64,000 nucleotides of DNA from the human T2T-CHM13v2.0 reference genome, Homo sapiens: the NCBI RefSeq assembly GCF_009914755.1, contig NC_060939.1. The stretch is one strand, 5' to 3'. The notes under the pieces are model-generated. The model saw nothing but the letters and a program-made list of their open reading frames with translations, was not told the origin of the DNA and did no database searches. The translations under genes and the position numbers were made by a program. Within the stretch, counting starts at the first letter, position 1; every line of letters starts with the position of its first letter. Positions 59,221-64,000 of the stretch are shown one piece after another.

Positions 59221-59974
59221 ATTATCTGCATTTTTAAGGATGAGGAAACAGACTCACAAAGATGGGATAACTTTGGTGAGATTCCCTGGCTGGTACATGG
59301 CAGAGGCATGACTTAAATCCAGTTCCAAGAATGTGTTCTTAAATAGTGTGCTAGTCTATTCAGCCTGTAGCTTTTTGGAGACAACCTAATTTCAATCTAA
59401 TTCTTTTTTTTTTTCCAAACAGGATTACATATGTGTGATTCTGTAAGTGGGAAGTAGATCCAAATTTCTGTGTTCAAATATGCCCCTAAGCTCTTCAATA
59501 GGCTGCAGATACAAGGGGGGCTAAGAATCATGGGGCTAGTGTAGTTTTTTAGTAAGTCATGTGCATGTATATTTAACATCTCCTTGGAATGTAAGGCTAC
59601 CTTTCCTTCATTGCTCTCAGCCTGGGACAGTGTCAAAAATTCCAGGCAGCAAAGTCTCATTCAACATCCTATTACAGTAGAATACTTCATTCATCTGAGT
59701 GCTCAAATGAAAGTTCTATGGTTAATAGGAAGTACCCTCCTTAAAGGGCATTTATGGATCTATCTACTGTTGAGCATATTCTCTGGGGTTTCATCCATTC
59801 AAAGTATCCTCTTTATTTTCTGTAGCAACACACTATTCTTGCAAAGGAAACTTCTTCCATGTTAATTACCAAGAAGATAAATTTTTCTTCATATCACTTG
59901 TATATGTAAACTTAAAATGTAGATAAGTAAAAATTGGTTTTATTAATGTTTAACTTGGGCAGGCAAATTATTTT

Positions 59975-60277
59975 TTGATTTTTTTTCTTTTTTTTTTTTG
60001 AAACGGCGTCTGGCTCTGTTGCCCAGGCTGGAATGCAATGGTATGATCATGGCTCACTGCAACTTCTGTCTTCTGGGCTCAAATGATCCTCCCGCCTTAG
60101 CCTCCTGAGTAGCTGGGACCACAGGCGCACACTACCACATCCGGCTAATTTTTTATATCTTTGTTAGAGTGGGGGTTTCACCATGTTGCCCAGGCTCATC
60201 TTGAACTGCTGAGCTCAAGTGATCTGCCTGCCTTGGCCTACCGAAGTGCTGGGAGGCATGAGCCACCATGCCCGGCC
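59975..60277 (-). mobile_element. Alu (AluJb-like)
   Basis: Near-TSD caggcaaattatttt / caggcacatgatttt. Confidence 0.95.
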
Positions 60278-62005
60278 CAGGCACATGATTTTAAAGATTG
60301 AGAACCTAGTACTACTCCCTTCCTTTGGAGGTTGATTGTTTTTTCCCTGCAGAGACCTTCCTTGCTAAAAGTGTCTCTTTTGAGAGAGACCATGTAACAC
60401 TTTGCTACAATGACTTGGATAAAGTAGATCCCATTATAGACAAGTGAGTTAGGGAAAGAGTCATAGAAGCCAGACTTGAGTTAGATCCTGATCTTGAAGG
60501 AAACACAGAATTTGGATGGATAAATGTGCAGAGCTGGGTGCATTATGTGGAGAAAAAAGTAGGATGAGCCAAGATTAATTGCAAAAGTGAGCCTATTGGA
60601 TATAGAATAAGAGGCCTGACTTGAGTAGAAGGTAACTTGCCTGTATGGCACGGAAGTGAGTGCATAGTTTGGATGGATGAGGAATGTGAATTAATAGAGG
60701 ATGTTGTGGAGTTGGCAGGACACTAAGAGCAGTATCTTAGTATGGATGTATCTTTGGAAACCAAGTGTTCCAAGCCTCACATTGTACAGATGAGACAGCA
60801 GAGATTCAGGATGGGGAGGAAACTTTCTCACTATCAATGGCAGGAGGGTCAGTCATCACTTGCTCCTTTGTACCCTGCAGTCTCTGTGCTTATCTGAGCA
60901 CAAACATGAAATCGTTGTAGTAGGAAGTAAAGAAGCTCTGCTAGAACTCAGTATAATAGGTACGGTACCAGTTTGCTGGACGTATTGAATAAGGAGAAAA
61001 TAGAGAAACTATTATTAAAAGGATACATACATACAAAATGGGGTACATACTGTGGCCTTGGCTATTGGCAGGGAGACAAAGGAGATCATCATTGAAGATA
61101 CATTGAGGAAGAAGTTGATAGGACCCAATATAGAGCCCAGAGAAGAGGAAAATAGTTCATTGCAAGTTTCGAATTTTGCGTTCTTGCAGAATATTATTGT
61201 AGGGGGGTGGGCAGGGAAGGAGGTGAAATTCTAAGCTTGAATCAAAATGTTTGAAAACTGACTTGGTGATAGACAACTGGAAATAGCCATTCATTTATTC
61301 AGCGGATATTTATCGAATGCAAACTATAAACTATTGTGCGAGGTGCTGGGGATATACTGGTAAACAAGCCAGATGTGCTTGGACCATAACCTCCTAGAGC
61401 TTTCATTCTGGTGTGTCCTGATGGGGAAATAAGGCCTTCCATGAGAGGCACACCTGGAGCAATGGCTGTGCTATGCTTGGCAGTGACCTCTCACAGACAG
61501 CAAGTAGACAGTGCCCTGCAGAGGGCTGAAGGAAGAGCCGTGGACCCCCAGTCATTGCAGAAAGATGCTATCATTTATGAACAGGTTATGTGTTTTAGAC
61601 AAACTGTCCTAAGAATTTTTAAACCATCCTTCCATTTCTTTATATTTAAATCCATTGTTTGAGCTCATCCCTGCCACAGAATTCTGACAAGTGAATAGAG
61701 TAGATGATTAAACAGGCTGTCAATGGTGCAAATATGTCCACCAACCCAAGATAAAAGATGACAGCCTCTAATGATACTTTAAAAATTCTCCTGGCCCACT
61801 GAGGGGGCACTGGCACTTTTTGTTTAATTTACCAGGATTCTTCAAGCTATTCCCTAGCTCTACTAGGTGATATTAAGTGCTAAACCCTTTCTCCCTCTCT
61901 TTTATTCACCTGAGCTTTAACCCAAACTTGGACTGGGCTTTAGGGAGATTAGGAAATTTTGATGAATGAGATGCCTAAAAGACATAAGACAAAGTCTCCT
62001 GATGA

Positions 62006-62276
62006 TGATTATTTATTTAGAGACTGGGTCTCACTTTGTCGATATGCAGTGGCATAATCACGTTTTACTACAGCTTTGACCTCCTGGGTTCAAGTGATCC
62101 TCCTACCTCTGCCTCCCTAGTAGCTGGGACTATTGGCATGCACCACCATGCCCTGCTAATTTTTTAGTTTTTTTGTAGTGACAGGTTCCCGCTATTTTGC
62201 TCAGGTTGCTCTTGAACTCCTGGGCTCAAGTGATTCTCCCACCTCGGTCTCCCAAAGTATGCCACCACTCCCGGCC
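62006..62276 (-). mobile_element. Alu (AluJ) with internal deletions
   Basis: tctcctgatga on both flanks. Confidence 0.92.
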
Positions 62277-64000
62277 TATTCTCCTGATGAAATAGCACAA
62301 ATAGTTGTCCAGGTTAAGGAAAAATCTTACTAAATGGCAATAATGCTAAAATTAGCATTGATTTACATTTTCAAGGCTTGTTAAGCACTTTATTATATGA
62401 TAATGATTTATTTTGTTAAAACATTTTAGAAAACTCGCAAACGATCACAAGGTAGATCTTAATAGGTATGAGATAAATTACCAAAAGTGAATCTATACCA
62501 AAGCAAAGAGAAATTGTCTTAATGACCAAAGTTCTAAAGTCTTTTCCAGAAATGTCTTCCAGGGTGGGATTGCATTGAGAAGACCCACAGATGTTCACCC
62601 TTCGAAAGACTGACTCTACCTCTGGAGAAATTTTAACACTCCTTCAGGGAGGGAAGGAGCTATTTGCGATGCCCTGATTTGCTCTGCTAACTTCCCATTC
62701 TTCTCCTTCCCATGTGATTGGATGTGTGTGCTATCTTTCCCTTGTCTGTGGCTATGCTTGGTTCCCTGGCATTTCCTCCTCCCTTTATTACCTGGACATT
62801 TTTCTATCCTGCCTCTCATTTTTCTTTCCAGGAACACAAAGGGTCCCAGAATTTTTATATCTGCTGTGATCCGTTATGATTATATTTTAAAGCTTAACTC
62901 TCCAGATGGCATTACTTTATGGACGTTCATGTTGGAATAGGGGAAATTGTCTGTATGTCCTCCATGTCTAGACAACGATATTTCTGCCAGGAACGTCTGA
63001 TAAGGTCATCTCCAGGTTCAGCAGATCGTTAAGTGGTGGCAGCGTGTCCCGATCTTTCCTGAGGTGCACTGCAAATAATTTCCTATGATTAACGTTATCT
63101 TAGTACCAATGCATGTGAATGTTAATTCTTGAAAAATCAGAGGATTGCAAGTTATTCCCATCACCAATAATACTCATTCCTTAATATTCCAATGCTTTCT
63201 GAAGTAGAAGAGAAAGCTGTGACGTTGCATCATTAAATCAAAATGGACATGACCCACAGTCAATCTGGGTACCTACGAGGCAGTGTATTTACATGTCTTT
63301 ATTATTTTTCACGGTGGGAGGTAGCAACTGCATCATGGAAAATATGGAAAAAACTCAGTTTTTTTTGGAATAATAAATCCAGAAGCCAAGAGGTCCCCCA
63401 GCCCTTCTCCCTCATGAATATTGAGCTTACTTTGAATGACATAAAATTAAAAGGAAATTTCTTTTATAGTTTAGTTAAGGCAACGTGTATTGGCTCAACA
63501 TGATTCATGATTAAATATATGGATCTAACTCCATCCAACACAGAGACCTGCCCAGCCATTTTGGCCCTGCCCACGAATGGGCAGTGCCTTCTCTCTCTGC
63601 CATCTTTGCTTCTCTCTCCTTGCTTTCCTGCTTGCTCTCCTTTCCTGCCTGCGTGCTTCACTGACTTACTCACCATATTCCATCGCTCCTCTCTCAACAG
63701 AGAGTCTGTCTTCCTACAGTGTGGCTGCCTGCCAGCAATAATGGAAACAGTGGAAAATTTTCTTGTGGTTGGAGATGAAGCCAACAGCAAAGGAAGCTCG
63801 TTCCTAGCTCTGCTCTCCTCCCCTGCAGACCCCCTTCTCTCAGCTCTGCATTCAGGCTGGGGACTGGGAGTACAGGACTTGTGGCCAGAAGATCCAAGAG
63901 ATTTTTTGCTGGCTTTTGCTGCCTGAAGTGTGCTCTGAAACAGCAATCAAAAAGGCTTTCTGGAGGCCTGGAAGGATGGGAGGGCACCAAGCAAACACAA

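Noticed and set aside
61792-61812. CTCF-like AGGGGGCAC (also CCCAGGGGGCAG near 22510)
   Set aside because: The 5' half of the core matches poorly; too weak without ChIP data.
63464-63990. Three overlapping ORFs of 98-160 aa
   Set aside because: Low-complexity CT-rich sequence, no domain, no supported exon chain.

Overview
Primate (almost certainly human) genomic DNA, mostly intergenic and repeat-rich. It holds about 21 Alus (J, S and one Y), MIR/L2/L3/old L1 fragments, MaLR LTRs (MLT1, THE1, MST), solo ERV LTRs (MER4D, MER39, LTR8, LTR22, MER31-like), a decayed ERVL internal segment and several DNA-transposon relics. The one gene-like unit I can assemble is a two-exon + strand ORF (45871-46002 joined to 47401-47808, 179 aa). 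It has a strong Kozak context, a canonical GT-AG intron and an AATAAA at 49288, and its second-exon splice acceptor comes from an antisense MIR. From memory the protein matches C15orf53/LINC02694 (15q14, near RASGRP1); I did not verify this by search. It looks like a TE-assisted de novo ORF built on an AP-1/ARE-RUNX-ETS enhancer, with a pure (CAG)16 about 1.1 kb upstream. Other points of note: several lymphoid/haematopoietic-type motif clusters, a CTCF site with an upstream motif, an LTR8 flanked by splice donors and carrying a perfect ARE, and a duplicated GAA/TTC microsatellite at an AluY tail. I see no CpG island, tRNA/rRNA or prokaryotic system. Repeat subfamily names come from recalled consensus sequences, and the boundaries of old repeats are approximate.
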